DNA of 64,000 nucleotides. Source: Paracoccaceae bacterium (lineage in GTDB: Bacteria > Pseudomonadota > Alphaproteobacteria > Rhodobacterales > Rhodobacteraceae). Under the pieces are notes generated by a model. That model was not told the DNA's origin and searched no databases. It saw only the letters and a list, made by a program, of their open reading frames with translations. The DNA is taken from contig JBDWGM010000004.1 of NCBI GenBank assembly GCA_039975755.1, forward strand, positions 19,444 to 83,443, given 5' to 3'. The position numbers and the translations under genes are program-made. Below, piece after piece: positions 38,750-48,270 of this stretch. Within the stretch, counting starts at the first letter, position 1; each line of letters starts with the position of its first letter.

Positions 38750-39688
38750 CTAGAAATTTACGCGATCACCGCCTTTTAGATCTAGGATCTCTCGGGCTTC
38801 ATCGGGGGTGGCGACCTGGCATCCTAGATCTTCGACAATACGTCTGACTTTGGCAACTTGTTGGGCGTTGCTTTCTGCCAAATGACCTCGCGAAATGAAC
38901 AAGCTGTCCTCGAGCCCAACGCGCACATGACCGCCCATCTGACTTGCAGTGGTCGCCATAGAGATTTGCGATGCTCCCGCGGACAAGATCGACCAGCGGT
39001 AATCATCACCGAACAACTTATCAGCCGTCTTTTTCATAAACACCAGATTGTCGATATCAGCGCCAATCCCACCTAAGATACCCATGACAAACTGGATAAA
39101 CACAGGCGCCTTGAACAATCCCGTGTCCATGCAGAATTTCAGGTTATACAAATGGCCCACGTCATAGCATTCATGTTCAAACTTAATGTCATGCGGGGCA
39201 AGCGTTTCGGCGGCTTCGCGAATATCTCGGAATGTATTGCGGAAGATATTGCCATCTGAACCCGAGACATAGTCTTTTTCCCAATCGAACTTCCAATCAT
39301 CATCGCCATAGCGTTTGGCCAAGGGATGAAAACTGAAATTCATCGACCCCATATTCATGCTGCACATTTCGGCGCTGAAGGTGGCGGCAGGTTTGATCCG
39401 GTCTTGGATCGAAAGGGTGAGTGAGCCACCGGTCGAGATATTCACGACCGCGTCACTGGCTTGCTTGATACGCCCCAAGAACGGGCTGAAATCATCTGGG
39501 TTAACAGAGGGTGCACCCGTTTCATTGTCACGGGCATGCAGATGCAAGATGGATGCACCCGCTTCTGCGGCTTCGATCGCTTGGGCCGCGATATCGTCAT
39601 ACGTATAGGGTAAGGCATCCGACATGGTTGGCGTGTGTATTGCGCCTGTAACGGCACAGGTGATGATGGTTTTTTGTTGCTTCGCCAT
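38750..39688 (-). CDS. Beta-keto acid cleavage enzyme (BKACE/DUF849, 3-keto-5-aminohexanoate-cleavage-like)
   Basis: IITCAVTGAIHT, ILHLHARD and HVRVGLED blocks are typical of BKACE TIM-barrel enzymes. Confidence 0.85.
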   Translation of the reverse strand: MAKQQKTIITCAVTGAIHTPTMSDALPYTYDDIAAQAIEAAEAGASILHLHARDNETGAPSVNPDDFSPFLGRIKQASDAVVNISTGGSLTLSIQDRIKPAATFSAEMCSMNMGSMNFSFHPLAKRYGDDDWKFDWEKDYVSGSDGNIFRNTFRDIREAAETLAPHDIKFEHECYDVGHLYNLKFCMDTGLFKAPVFIQFVMGILGGIGADIDNLVFMKKTADKLFGDDYRWSILSAGASQISMATTASQMGGHVRVGLEDSLFISRGHLAESNAQQVAKVRRIVEDLGCQVATPDEAREILDLKGGDRVNF

Positions 39689-39691
39689 TGC

Positions 39692-40705
39692 CTAGGCTCC
39701 TTTGTCCGCGTTGTCCGTTTGAACGCGATAGCTGAGGGGGAATAGTTCGAGATCAAAGCGATTGCGGATCAAACCCCACACGCCTTTCGGAGCCTTGAGC
39801 ATGATGCCTATCGCAACGAGGCCCAGAACGATTAGGTAGATTGTGCCAAGATCGGCCAGCGTTTCGCGCAATGCGAAAAACAAGATTGTGCCTATGATCG
39901 GCCCTTCAAGAGTTCCGATACCGCCGATGACAACGATGAAAATCACAAAAGCGGTCCAGTCATTTACCGAAAACGCAGCGTCCGGTGAGATCCGCAGTTT
40001 TTGCAAAAAGATCAGTCCGCCGATGATCGCCGTAAAGGCCGACGTAACAACATAGACTTCCAGCTTGGTGCGCCAGATGTTGATTCCCAACCCTGCTGCC
40101 GCAACCTCACTGTCACGGATCGCCGTGAGAGCAAGCCCGCGTCTTGACCGCAAGAACAGATAGACACAGCCCATGACTACGACGGCCGCACCCAATGCCA
40201 ACCAATAGCTCAACGCTTCTCGGCCCGACCGCGAGTCCGCAAGAGACTTGACCACGTCGACGGGCAATGAAGATCCAGATCCCCCGCCCAAGGATGAGAC
40301 TTGCGCAAAGCTTAGCCGGAAAACTTCAGCCATGACCCAAGTGCCGATGGCGAAATACGCACCTTTTAGACGGAAAATCAGACCTGCAATTGGGACCGAC
40401 AACATACCAGCCAGCACGCCGCCAGCGAGAATGGCCACAATCGGATGCAGCCCAGCAAACATTGTCAGTGCGAACAACAAATATCCGCCAAAGCCGACAT
40501 AGGCTTGCTGACCAACTGAAACGAGACCTGCATACCCGGCCATCAAGTTCCAAAGCACTGCGAGAGAAAGGTAGAGGTAAATTTCACCGAGAAGACGTAG
40601 GTCTGCGCGCCCGGCCCACCAAGGCGCCGCAGCGAGTACGATAAGGCCTAGGGCGGCGACAACCATCGCGACCTGTGCTGAACGGCTGGATCTGACAATA
40701 CGCAT
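39692..40705 (-). CDS. Branched-chain-amino-acid-type ABC permease (LivM-like)
   Basis: Polytopic, 337 aa from the ATG at 40705, which lies just after the upstream permease stop (TGACCATG). Confidence 0.85.
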   Translation of the reverse strand: MRIVRSSRSAQVAMVVAALGLIVLAAAPWWAGRADLRLLGEIYLYLSLAVLWNLMAGYAGLVSVGQQAYVGFGGYLLFALTMFAGLHPIVAILAGGVLAGMLSVPIAGLIFRLKGAYFAIGTWVMAEVFRLSFAQVSSLGGGSGSSLPVDVVKSLADSRSGREALSYWLALGAAVVVMGCVYLFLRSRRGLALTAIRDSEVAAAGLGINIWRTKLEVYVVTSAFTAIIGGLIFLQKLRISPDAAFSVNDWTAFVIFIVVIGGIGTLEGPIIGTILFFALRETLADLGTIYLIVLGLVAIGIMLKAPKGVWGLIRNRFDLELFPLSYRVQTDNADKGA

Positions 40706-40707
40706 GG

Positions 40708-41571
40708 TCAATGGGCCACCCTCGGAAACAGGCCTTGCGGACGCACAGCCAATACAACCAGGAATGCGATATGACCTGAAAGTAACTGCCAACCTGGATC
40801 GATCTTGGCACCAATGGTTTGGGCAACGCCAAGAATGATGCCACCAGAAAGTGTGCCCCATAAATTGCCCAAACCACCAATGATCACGGCCTCAAATCCA
40901 AAGATCAGGCGTGCGCCACCAACAGACGGATCGAAGCTTGTGCGCACCCCCAGAAGGATGCCAGCAATCGCTGTCACGGCCAGCGCCAAGGCCATCGCCA
41001 TCCCGAAAACATGCGCCTTGTTTAGGCCCATTAGTTGCGCGATGTCGGAATTGTCTGAAGTCGCCCGAAAGGCGCGACCCAATGATGTCCGGTAAAACAT
41101 GAACTGAAGCGCTGCGATCACGGCTACGGCGATCGCAAACGTCAACAAAGGTAAAACGCCCACTGTCAGCCCACCCAGCGGCAAACTTGCAGTTTCAACT
41201 ATGCCCGCGTTCAATTTTTGTGGATCGGCAGAATAGCCTTCAAGCAGTGCATTCTGAATGATGACAGATAGACCAAAGGTGACCAGCAAAGGTGGCAGAA
41301 TATCATCGCCAAGTGTCCGGTTGAGAATCCCGCGTTGCAACACATACCCGATCCCAGCCATCGCAGGCATAACAATCAAAAGGGCCACAAACGGATGAAT
41401 TCCAAGCATGACTGTTGTTGACAGACCTAAATAGGCCGCCAACACAATCAGGTCACCATGGGCGATATTCACCAGCCGCATGACGCCAAAAATCAGCGAC
41501 AAACCGGCGGCAAACAACGCATATAGCCCGCCCAACAATGTGCCTTGCACGATGGCTGAAACCCAATCCAT
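40708..41571 (-). CDS. Branched-chain-amino-acid-type ABC permease (LivH-like)
   Basis: 287 aa. The N-terminus MDWVSAIVQGTLLGGLYALFAAGLSLIFGVMRLVNIAHG is typical of LivH. Confidence 0.85.
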   Translation of the reverse strand: MDWVSAIVQGTLLGGLYALFAAGLSLIFGVMRLVNIAHGDLIVLAAYLGLSTTVMLGIHPFVALLIVMPAMAGIGYVLQRGILNRTLGDDILPPLLVTFGLSVIIQNALLEGYSADPQKLNAGIVETASLPLGGLTVGVLPLLTFAIAVAVIAALQFMFYRTSLGRAFRATSDNSDIAQLMGLNKAHVFGMAMALALAVTAIAGILLGVRTSFDPSVGGARLIFGFEAVIIGGLGNLWGTLSGGIILGVAQTIGAKIDPGWQLLSGHIAFLVVLAVRPQGLFPRVAH

Positions 41572-42281
41572 TATGCTTCTACTCCAAAATAGGCGCGAGT
41601 GATCTCCTCGCGCGAAACGGTGTCAGTCGTACCCGACAGCGACACGCGACCCTCTTGCAAACAGTAAACCCGCGATGACACTGAAAGCGCCTTGCTGATG
41701 TCTTGTTCAACAATCAAAGCCGTCATTCCGTCGCCTACGATTTGGGGCAACGCGTCATAGATGGTTTTGATTATTACAGGAGCGAGACCTAAGCTGATCT
41801 CATCGAAGAGAATGACATCTGGGTTGGCCATCAATGCACGCCCAATTGCAACCATCTGTTGCTGGCCACCAGAGAGTGTCGTTGAGGCCTGATCCCGGCG
41901 TTCTTTCAAGATCGGGAAAAGAGAATAGACAGTTGCCAACGACCATGGCCCGGCACGACCAGTTTGCGCCCCGATCAATAGATTCTCTTCCACCGAAAGT
42001 GAGGGGAACAATTGGCGTCCTTCTGGAACCAGTGCGATACCTTCCTGTGCAACTTGATCCGCCCGCAGCGTTCCAATTGCTTTGCCTTGGTAGGAAACTT
42101 GCGCAGATTGGTTTGACAAAAGGCCGGATATGGATCGCATCAAGGTCGTCTTGCCTGCACCATTCGCACCGATAATTGCCACCACTTCGCCCGCATAGAT
42201 GTCCATGTCGACGCCAAACAACGCTTGGAAATCGCCGTAATGGGCATCCAATTTATGCAAGGATAAAACAGGATCAGTCAT
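41571..42281 (-). CDS. ABC transporter ATP-binding protein (LivF-like)
   Basis: GANGAGKTT, LSGGQQQM and ILFDEIS motifs. The ATG at 42281 overlaps the LivG-like stop (ATGACTGA); the track start at 42296 is a TTG. Confidence 0.85.
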   Translation of the reverse strand: MTDPVLSLHKLDAHYGDFQALFGVDMDIYAGEVVAIIGANGAGKTTLMRSISGLLSNQSAQVSYQGKAIGTLRADQVAQEGIALVPEGRQLFPSLSVEENLLIGAQTGRAGPWSLATVYSLFPILKERRDQASTTLSGGQQQMVAIGRALMANPDVILFDEISLGLAPVIIKTIYDALPQIVGDGMTALIVEQDISKALSVSSRVYCLQEGRVSLSGTTDTVSREEITRAYFGVEA

Positions 42282-43002
42282 CGGCGTCGATCCCAAGGTA
42301 GATTTCTTTCACTTCGGCACTGTCCATAATTTCTTTCGGTGGGCCTTCGGCAATCTTGCGACCAAAATCGATGACGATCAGACGTTCGGCGACAGCCATC
42401 AGGGCATGGACAACATGTTCGATCCAAATGATGGTCGTGCCTTTGGCGTGGATCCGTTGGATGGTCGCAATCAAAGCTCCGCATTCCGCATCGGTAAGCC
42501 CGCCTGCGATTTCATCAAGCAACAGCAGTTTGGGTTTCGCCGCCAATGCGCGCGCCAGCTCCAAACGTTTGCGTTCCGAGAGTGACAATGCGCCAGCCCG
42601 CATGTTCGCCTTTTCCGCTAACCCAGTTTCATGCAGAACGTCCAAGGCATGGGCCTCGGCCTCACGCGCGCGCAAACCTGCGCCCTGGCTGGCACCAACG
42701 AGCGCGTTTTCAAACACTGTCATCCCGACAAAAGGTTGAGGGATTTGGAAAGATCTTGCCACGCCCATTTTACAGCGCGCAGCAGGTGGTGTTTTGGTGA
42801 TATCCTGTCCATCAAACCGGATCGTCCCACTATCAGGGGGCAACGATCCGGTAATAAGATTGAACAGAGACGTCTTGCCCGCGCCGTTTGGCCCAAGAAT
42901 GCCAACAGCTTCGCCTTGTGCCACGTCAAAGCTAGTGGCATCTGCGACTACGACTGCGCCAAACGATTTTTGCAGAGCCGTGACAGAAAGAAGAGCGGAC
43001 AA
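42274..43002 (-). CDS. ABC transporter ATP-binding protein (LivG-like)
   Basis: GPNGAGKTS Walker A, LSERKRLELARAL and LLLDEIAGG motifs. Confidence 0.85.
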   Translation of the reverse strand: MSALLSVTALQKSFGAVVVADATSFDVAQGEAVGILGPNGAGKTSLFNLITGSLPPDSGTIRFDGQDITKTPPAARCKMGVARSFQIPQPFVGMTVFENALVGASQGAGLRAREAEAHALDVLHETGLAEKANMRAGALSLSERKRLELARALAAKPKLLLLDEIAGGLTDAECGALIATIQRIHAKGTTIIWIEHVVHALMAVAERLIVIDFGRKIAEGPPKEIMDSAEVKEIYLGIDADD

Positions 43003-43014
43003 GACGAAATCTCC

Positions 43015-44286
43015 TTAGCTCAACAACTTTAAGTCGCCGCCCAACGGAATGTTGGTTGCAGCCGCGTTGTTGGTGATGACCAGTTCCAAGTTGTCGCCAG
43101 TTTTCTGCCACTGCCCCGCAACCAATGGAGTCTTGGTCACGTTTGGCACAGGACCCGCGCCAAAGTTCACATCCCCCACAATCGTCGACATGTTTGTTGT
43201 CTTGATTGCTTCGACAATGGCCATTGGATCATCCAAGTCCGCCACACGCGACACCACATCTTTCACGACCTCAAACAACGCGTGTTTGAATCCGATCGGT
43301 TGTGTCCATGGACGGCCCGTTGCCACAGTGTATCCGTTCGCCAAATCACCGGCACTCATTCCTGACAGCGAGGAATTGAACGGATGGTTCGGGCTCCACC
43401 AGATCTCAGACGTCAACCCGTCTCCACGATCGCCGAGGCTTTCGATAACGGAAGGGAACAGCAGCGCTTTGCCGATTGTTACGACTTTGGGGCGGAACTC
43501 CTGCTGCGCGGCCTGCGCCCAGAAAGTCGCAAAGTCCGGCGCGATCATGTTACCGGTGATGATCTCGCAGCCTGCCTCTTTAAAGGCGGCAATGTAATTC
43601 GAGAAATCATCGTTGAGAGGTTGATAGCGGCCCGGGTCAGTGAGCGAATAACCAGCCTCAGCCAGCGGTTTGGGAAAGCCAAGCTCGGGATCACCCCAAG
43701 CGTTGCCGTCCGCATCATTCGGGAACAAACCACCGATTTTTTTAGCGGCACCAGAGTTGCCCCACAGATCGAGGAAATTGCCGATGACATCCTCAAGGCC
43801 CCAGAAGAAGTGGTAAGTGAAATCAAACCCCTCAGCCGAGTTGCCGTTGCGGCCAAAGAAATACGGCTGCCACGGGCAATCAGTCGTAATGCATGGAACC
43901 TCGTTTATTTCAGCCTGATCCGACACTGGGTTTGTCGTGTCTGGGGTCGAAGCTGCGACCATGATGTCAACTTCGTCACCCAAGATCAGGTCTGCGGCCA
44001 CTTCTGCAGCACGGTTGGGGTTTGATTGGCTGTCCTTCGAAATGATCTCGATGTTAAAAGACTTGCCGTTGTTCTCAACGCCGCCTGAAAAGGCAGCTTG
44101 GATGCCTTCAAGGACATAGTCATCCGCTTCGGCAAAGCCTGCCAACGGGCCCGTACGGGGGCTGACATGACCAATTTTGATAGTTGGCGATTGCGCGTAG
44201 GCTCGTCCAGATGTCAGGATAGCAGGTGCGGCGACGGATGCTGCGAGCCCACCCAAAATATGGCGTCTGCTTAGTGTCGGTTTCAT
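43015..44286 (-). CDS. Periplasmic substrate-binding protein (LivK/amide-urea type) with a Tat-like signal
   Basis: MKPTLSRRHILGGLAASVAAPAILTSGRAYAQ. GGGAGGAG lies upstream of the ATG at 44286. Confidence 0.85.
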   Translation of the reverse strand: MKPTLSRRHILGGLAASVAAPAILTSGRAYAQSPTIKIGHVSPRTGPLAGFAEADDYVLEGIQAAFSGGVENNGKSFNIEIISKDSQSNPNRAAEVAADLILGDEVDIMVAASTPDTTNPVSDQAEINEVPCITTDCPWQPYFFGRNGNSAEGFDFTYHFFWGLEDVIGNFLDLWGNSGAAKKIGGLFPNDADGNAWGDPELGFPKPLAEAGYSLTDPGRYQPLNDDFSNYIAAFKEAGCEIITGNMIAPDFATFWAQAAQQEFRPKVVTIGKALLFPSVIESLGDRGDGLTSEIWWSPNHPFNSSLSGMSAGDLANGYTVATGRPWTQPIGFKHALFEVVKDVVSRVADLDDPMAIVEAIKTTNMSTIVGDVNFGAGPVPNVTKTPLVAGQWQKTGDNLELVITNNAAATNIPLGGDLKLLS

Positions 44287-44309
44287 CTTTGCTCCTCCCA
44301 AAGCTTTGA

Positions 44310-45239
44310 TTATTTAGGTAAAATTTCCTCTAGCTTTCTAAGATGATCAGCGACGCGGGCTTTGGTTTTTTCCAGGTCGCCTGCCTCCCAATCTCGAAGG
44401 CCTGTGCCTGCGGCCATGCCGCTGCGGCCTGCGTCTCGCATCTGTTGGAGGTACGGCGATGGTTCACCAGATGTCTCCAGATCAGACAAAACTTGATTAT
44501 GGATATCTTGGGTCAGCTCCAAGCCGACAAGATCAGCGTTCTCGAGCGGCCCCAGAACCGCCAATCGTCGACCAAAGCTGGCCTTAACAACGTTATCCAC
44601 GGTTTCAGCATCACAAATGCCATTTTCAACCAAAGAAATTGCTTCGCGCCAAAGCGCATGCTGCAAACGGTTGCCGATGAAACCCGGTACATCCTTTTCC
44701 ACCATCGCAGGCGTCTTGCACGATTGTGCCAGCAGATCGAACATGCGCTGCGCCAATTCTGGATCAGCCCATTTTGTTTTCACAACTTCCACAAGTGGGA
44801 TCATGTGAGGCGGGTTCCACCAGTGGGTTCCAAGCGCGCGATGGCGGCCAGACAAATCCGCCATAATTTTGGAGATCTGGATAACGGATGTGTTTGACGC
44901 AAGGATTGCATCTTCAGGCGCGTGTGCTTCGATCTCAGCGAAAATCTGTTTCTTGAGCTCAAGCTTCTCAGGCGCTGCTTCGAAAACGAAATCGGCCGTT
45001 TTGACCGCTTCAGCCATAGTATTCGTCAGAGACAAACGGCCCAGAGTGGCAGAGATTTCATCACGCTCTGCACCAAGAAGCGTCAGGCTTTCGGCAATGC
45101 GATCAGGACACGACGCCAGCATTTCCGAAACCGGATCAGTCACCACCACGTGGTGCCCTGCCCGCGCAAATGTCAGAGCAATTCCATGCCCCATCAATCC
45201 GGCGCCAATCACTGCGATATGTTGGCCAGCCTCAGTCAT
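44310..45239 (-). CDS. 3-hydroxyacyl-CoA-dehydrogenase-family NAD-dependent dehydrogenase (carnitine-dehydrogenase-like)
   Basis: IAVIGAGLMGHGIA Rossmann motif and the HADH C-terminal domain. There is a 4-nt overlap with the SDR gene. Confidence 0.8.
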   Translation of the reverse strand: MTEAGQHIAVIGAGLMGHGIALTFARAGHHVVVTDPVSEMLASCPDRIAESLTLLGAERDEISATLGRLSLTNTMAEAVKTADFVFEAAPEKLELKKQIFAEIEAHAPEDAILASNTSVIQISKIMADLSGRHRALGTHWWNPPHMIPLVEVVKTKWADPELAQRMFDLLAQSCKTPAMVEKDVPGFIGNRLQHALWREAISLVENGICDAETVDNVVKASFGRRLAVLGPLENADLVGLELTQDIHNQVLSDLETSGEPSPYLQQMRDAGRSGMAAGTGLRDWEAGDLEKTKARVADHLRKLEEILPK

Positions 45240-46021
45240 CCCGCGGTATACCCGCCATCAGCATATAGGATATGCCCGGTGTAAAAATCAGAGGCGGCTG
45301 ACGACAGGAACAACAATGGCCCTGCCAGATCTTCCGGTTCGCCTAAACGTCCCTTGGGCACGCGGGCAAGAAACCCTTCGCGCACTGCAATGGCTTGTTC
45401 AGTGTCTTCGAACATCCACGCTGTTAAGGGAGAACGGAATACTGTCGGTGCAATTGCGTTGACGGTAATTCCTGTTGGCCCCAATTCGCAGCCAAGGGAT
45501 TTTGTCATCCCATCTACTGCAGCTTTGGATGCGCAATACGCTGTATATCCCGCTGGGTGTCCCAACAATCCGCGCGCAGAAGACACAAAAACGATCTTGC
45601 CGCCGTCGCCCTGTGCCTTCATCTGCACAGTCGCGGCACGGGCGATCAGCCAGCTTTGCGTGACGTTGGCATCCATAACCCCTTCAAAGGTCGCAGGATC
45701 CATTTCTTCGATCTTGGCAACTTTGTTCATGCCTGACGCAACGACCAGAATATCCAATCGACCGAACGCGTTCACGGCCTCGGCCACCATATCACCACAG
45801 GCTGCTTCGCTGTCTGGCCGGGCGTTAATTTGGTGAACGTCACCTTTGCATTTCTTGGCAACCTGGGCCATCTCATCAGCATTGCCAGCCGCAAGCACCA
45901 CCTTGCATCCTGCACCCGACAAGCACTGCGCCGCGACTGCGCCAAAAGCGCCAGACGCTCCGGTGATCAGAGCAACCTTGCCTTTCACGTCAAACATGGA
46001 AAACGGGTTTTCAAGTGACAT
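45236..46021 (-). CDS. SDR family oxidoreductase
   Basis: ITGASGAFGA, VSSA and YCASKAA (Tyr-x3-Lys) motifs. Confidence 0.85.
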   Translation of the reverse strand: MSLENPFSMFDVKGKVALITGASGAFGAVAAQCLSGAGCKVVLAAGNADEMAQVAKKCKGDVHQINARPDSEAACGDMVAEAVNAFGRLDILVVASGMNKVAKIEEMDPATFEGVMDANVTQSWLIARAATVQMKAQGDGGKIVFVSSARGLLGHPAGYTAYCASKAAVDGMTKSLGCELGPTGITVNAIAPTVFRSPLTAWMFEDTEQAIAVREGFLARVPKGRLGEPEDLAGPLLFLSSAASDFYTGHILYADGGYTAG

Positions 46022-46025
46022 AGGT

Positions 46026-46379
46026 CTATTCCGGTCTCTTGCCGCCGGGATACGGGATCACGACAAGCATTTTACAAATATTGTTGGTTTTGTTCTCGAT
46101 CCGACGCACTTCTCCGGGTGGAATGGTGCAGCTGTCCATGGCGGATAGAACAGTTTCAACACCGTCCACCTCGACCGTCATTTCACCTTCGAGAACGACA
46201 TAGACTTTTTCGAAGGGGGTACTGTCAGGGCCAGCACCCCCCCCAGGGAGAAACTGCGAAAAACCGATCCATTGGTTTTCGGGTCCACCATCTTCAAAGC
46301 CTTGCAAACGCAGCCCCGCCACGCCCCAATGGTTTGGAGCATCATAGGTTTCGGCGTCTGCAAACCGCTTGATCAGCAT
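46026..46379 (-). CDS. Cupin domain protein
   Basis: 117 aa. The beta-barrel pattern FEKVYVVLEGEMTVEVDG...IPPGEVRRIEN fits a cupin. Confidence 0.7.
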   Translation of the reverse strand: MLIKRFADAETYDAPNHWGVAGLRLQGFEDGGPENQWIGFSQFLPGGGAGPDSTPFEKVYVVLEGEMTVEVDGVETVLSAMDSCTIPPGEVRRIENKTNNICKMLVVIPYPGGKRPE

Positions 46380-47218
46380 CAGAACGCTTCTCCAGCTTCG
46401 ATACGGTAAGCTTGTTTTTTATCGGTGATGGCCACCAGACGAATGATACAACCGTCACCACGATCCCAGTTCCATGGGAAGAACGCGAAGGTTACGCGCT
46501 TGCCTGTCACCGCATCCAGATCGCCGCCGACGTTTTCGATGCCCAATATACCGTTTGAGAACAAGGTGTTGTGCACCGGCTCCCAATCGGGAAAGTCATC
46601 TTTCCAATCGTTACCGCCAGACCATTCCTTATATTCTTCCTCAAGATGTGGAAGGATTGGTCCGTTGCGCTGTGGGCCAATTGCCGTTGCCAGAGGGTGG
46701 TCGTTGGCCTGCGTGTCGTGACCCACAACCTTCACACCTTTTTCAACCATCCAGTCCGCTGCAGATTGTACGAGGCCGGGGCAGTACGCGAAATAGTCGC
46801 CATCTTCGTATTCTTTGTGCCAGCCTGTGTTGATGATCAGCACGTCGCCCTTGCGGATCGCATGACCACAGGCTTTTTCGAGATCGTCCCCTGTGATGCT
46901 TTCCCACTTTTTCTTAGGGATCGAAACGACAAGACCAGAGCCAAAGAAATGGGGCAGTGGAACTTCATCGATAAACGGGGTGCCTTGCACAACATGCGCA
47001 GGCGCATCGATGTGGGTCGTTACGTGCATCGTTGTGGTGATTGTCTGGCTCAGCACGCCAGACTTCGCCATGTAGTGCTTTCTCTCGATTGCGACGTCTT
47101 TGAAGTAAGGCCAATTGGGACACTGATACCCGAACCGGTGGCTCAGGTTCACGAACTCAAGGCCCATGTCGTTGTCCAGATTATCCTGAAAATCAATCCC
47201 GCGGATCGTTACACTCAT
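46379..47218 (-). CDS. Cyclase-family (kynurenine-formamidase-like) metal hydrolase
   Basis: HVTTHIDAPAH matches the HxxxHxDxPxH cyclase-family motif. The ATG at 47218 is preceded by GGGAGGA. Confidence 0.75.
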   Translation of the reverse strand: MSVTIRGIDFQDNLDNDMGLEFVNLSHRFGYQCPNWPYFKDVAIERKHYMAKSGVLSQTITTTMHVTTHIDAPAHVVQGTPFIDEVPLPHFFGSGLVVSIPKKKWESITGDDLEKACGHAIRKGDVLIINTGWHKEYEDGDYFAYCPGLVQSAADWMVEKGVKVVGHDTQANDHPLATAIGPQRNGPILPHLEEEYKEWSGGNDWKDDFPDWEPVHNTLFSNGILGIENVGGDLDAVTGKRVTFAFFPWNWDRGDGCIIRLVAITDKKQAYRIEAGEAF

Positions 47219-47253
47219 CGCATCCTCCCAAAAGTCATTCGCCCCAGTGTTCC

Positions 47254-47283
47254 GCATTATGGTGCATTATGTACCGCATGGTG
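47254..47283. promoter_or_regulatory. Phased GCAT(T/G)(A/G)TG repeats in the divergent IclR/operon promoter region
   Basis: GCATTATG at 47254 and 47264 (10-bp phasing), and GCATGGTG at 47276. They lie between the operon start (47218) and the iclR-type start (47364). Confidence 0.3.
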
Positions 47284-47363
47284 GTCAACTATTGATTTTC
47301 ATTTTTTGCTTTTTTAAGCTAGTGCGAGCTATCGACCCCTAAAATACTCAACGAGACATTCCG

Positions 47364-48104
47364 GTGAACGTGCAAGAAACCCCTAAAACACAAGGCATTC
47401 AGGTCATTTCCAGGGCCGCCGACATCTTGCGCGTTTTGGGATCTGACTCCGGCGGACTAAGCCTTGGACAGATTGCTCGCAAAGTGGAACTGCCCCGCTC
47501 TACGGTACAGCGGATCGTCAGTGCGCTGATCCATGAAGGGCTTGCGGCATCAAATGGAGGCAATGGGGGAATCAGGCTGGGGGACGAAATTCGGGCCCTG
47601 GCGAATGCACCGGCTTTTGACATTCGAGAGCATTTCCGGCCTCTTTTGGATCAGATTTCGGCAGCCACATCCGAGACCGTTGATCTTGCGGTTCTCGAAG
47701 GCCGCCACATGCGTTTCATTGATCAAATAGAAGGCAATCAGCGGCTTCGTACTGTAACAATGATTGGGGACAGGTTCCCGCTCACGACAACGGCAAATGG
47801 AAAGGCGGCGCTTGCGGAACTCAGCGAAACGTCAGCCCGCGCCCTGATCTCCGCTGAACTCGACTCCGATGACCGTGCAGCGGCTTTGATGGATGAGTTG
47901 CGCCGTATTCGAGATGGAGAAATCGCGACCGACATTGGGGAGCATTCCGAAGAAGTCTGTGCTTTGGGATTTTCTGTCATCGGCCCCAACAAAGAAATCG
48001 CGGCAGTTTCGATTCCTGTTCCAAGTAGCCGCTTTCATAGAATTAGGGTCGAACTTACAAAAAAGCTGAACCTTATTCGAGAGACAGAAATTCCGAAATC
48101 GTAG
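47364..48104 (+). CDS. IclR family transcriptional regulator
   Basis: Winged HTH (LSLGQIARKVELPRSTVQRIVSAL) plus an IclR effector domain. It has a GTG start. Confidence 0.85.
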   Translation: MNVQETPKTQGIQVISRAADILRVLGSDSGGLSLGQIARKVELPRSTVQRIVSALIHEGLAASNGGNGGIRLGDEIRALANAPAFDIREHFRPLLDQISAATSETVDLAVLEGRHMRFIDQIEGNQRLRTVTMIGDRFPLTTTANGKAALAELSETSARALISAELDSDDRAAALMDELRRIRDGEIATDIGEHSEEVCALGFSVIGPNKEIAAVSIPVPSSRFHRIRVELTKKLNLIRETEIPKS

Positions 48105-48270
48105 GAATTTCCCCGTCCGTTTCAGTCCTCAAATCTACCTGCTTTGTTACTACAAATGTTGTCAAAGGGACGGCATCAAACCGGGACAGACCCAATGAAC
48201 CGAGAATTGCATTCCGCCCCAATCCGGGATCAATGTTCTTTTGGATAAGCGTAGGCTACAGCAAATTTCG

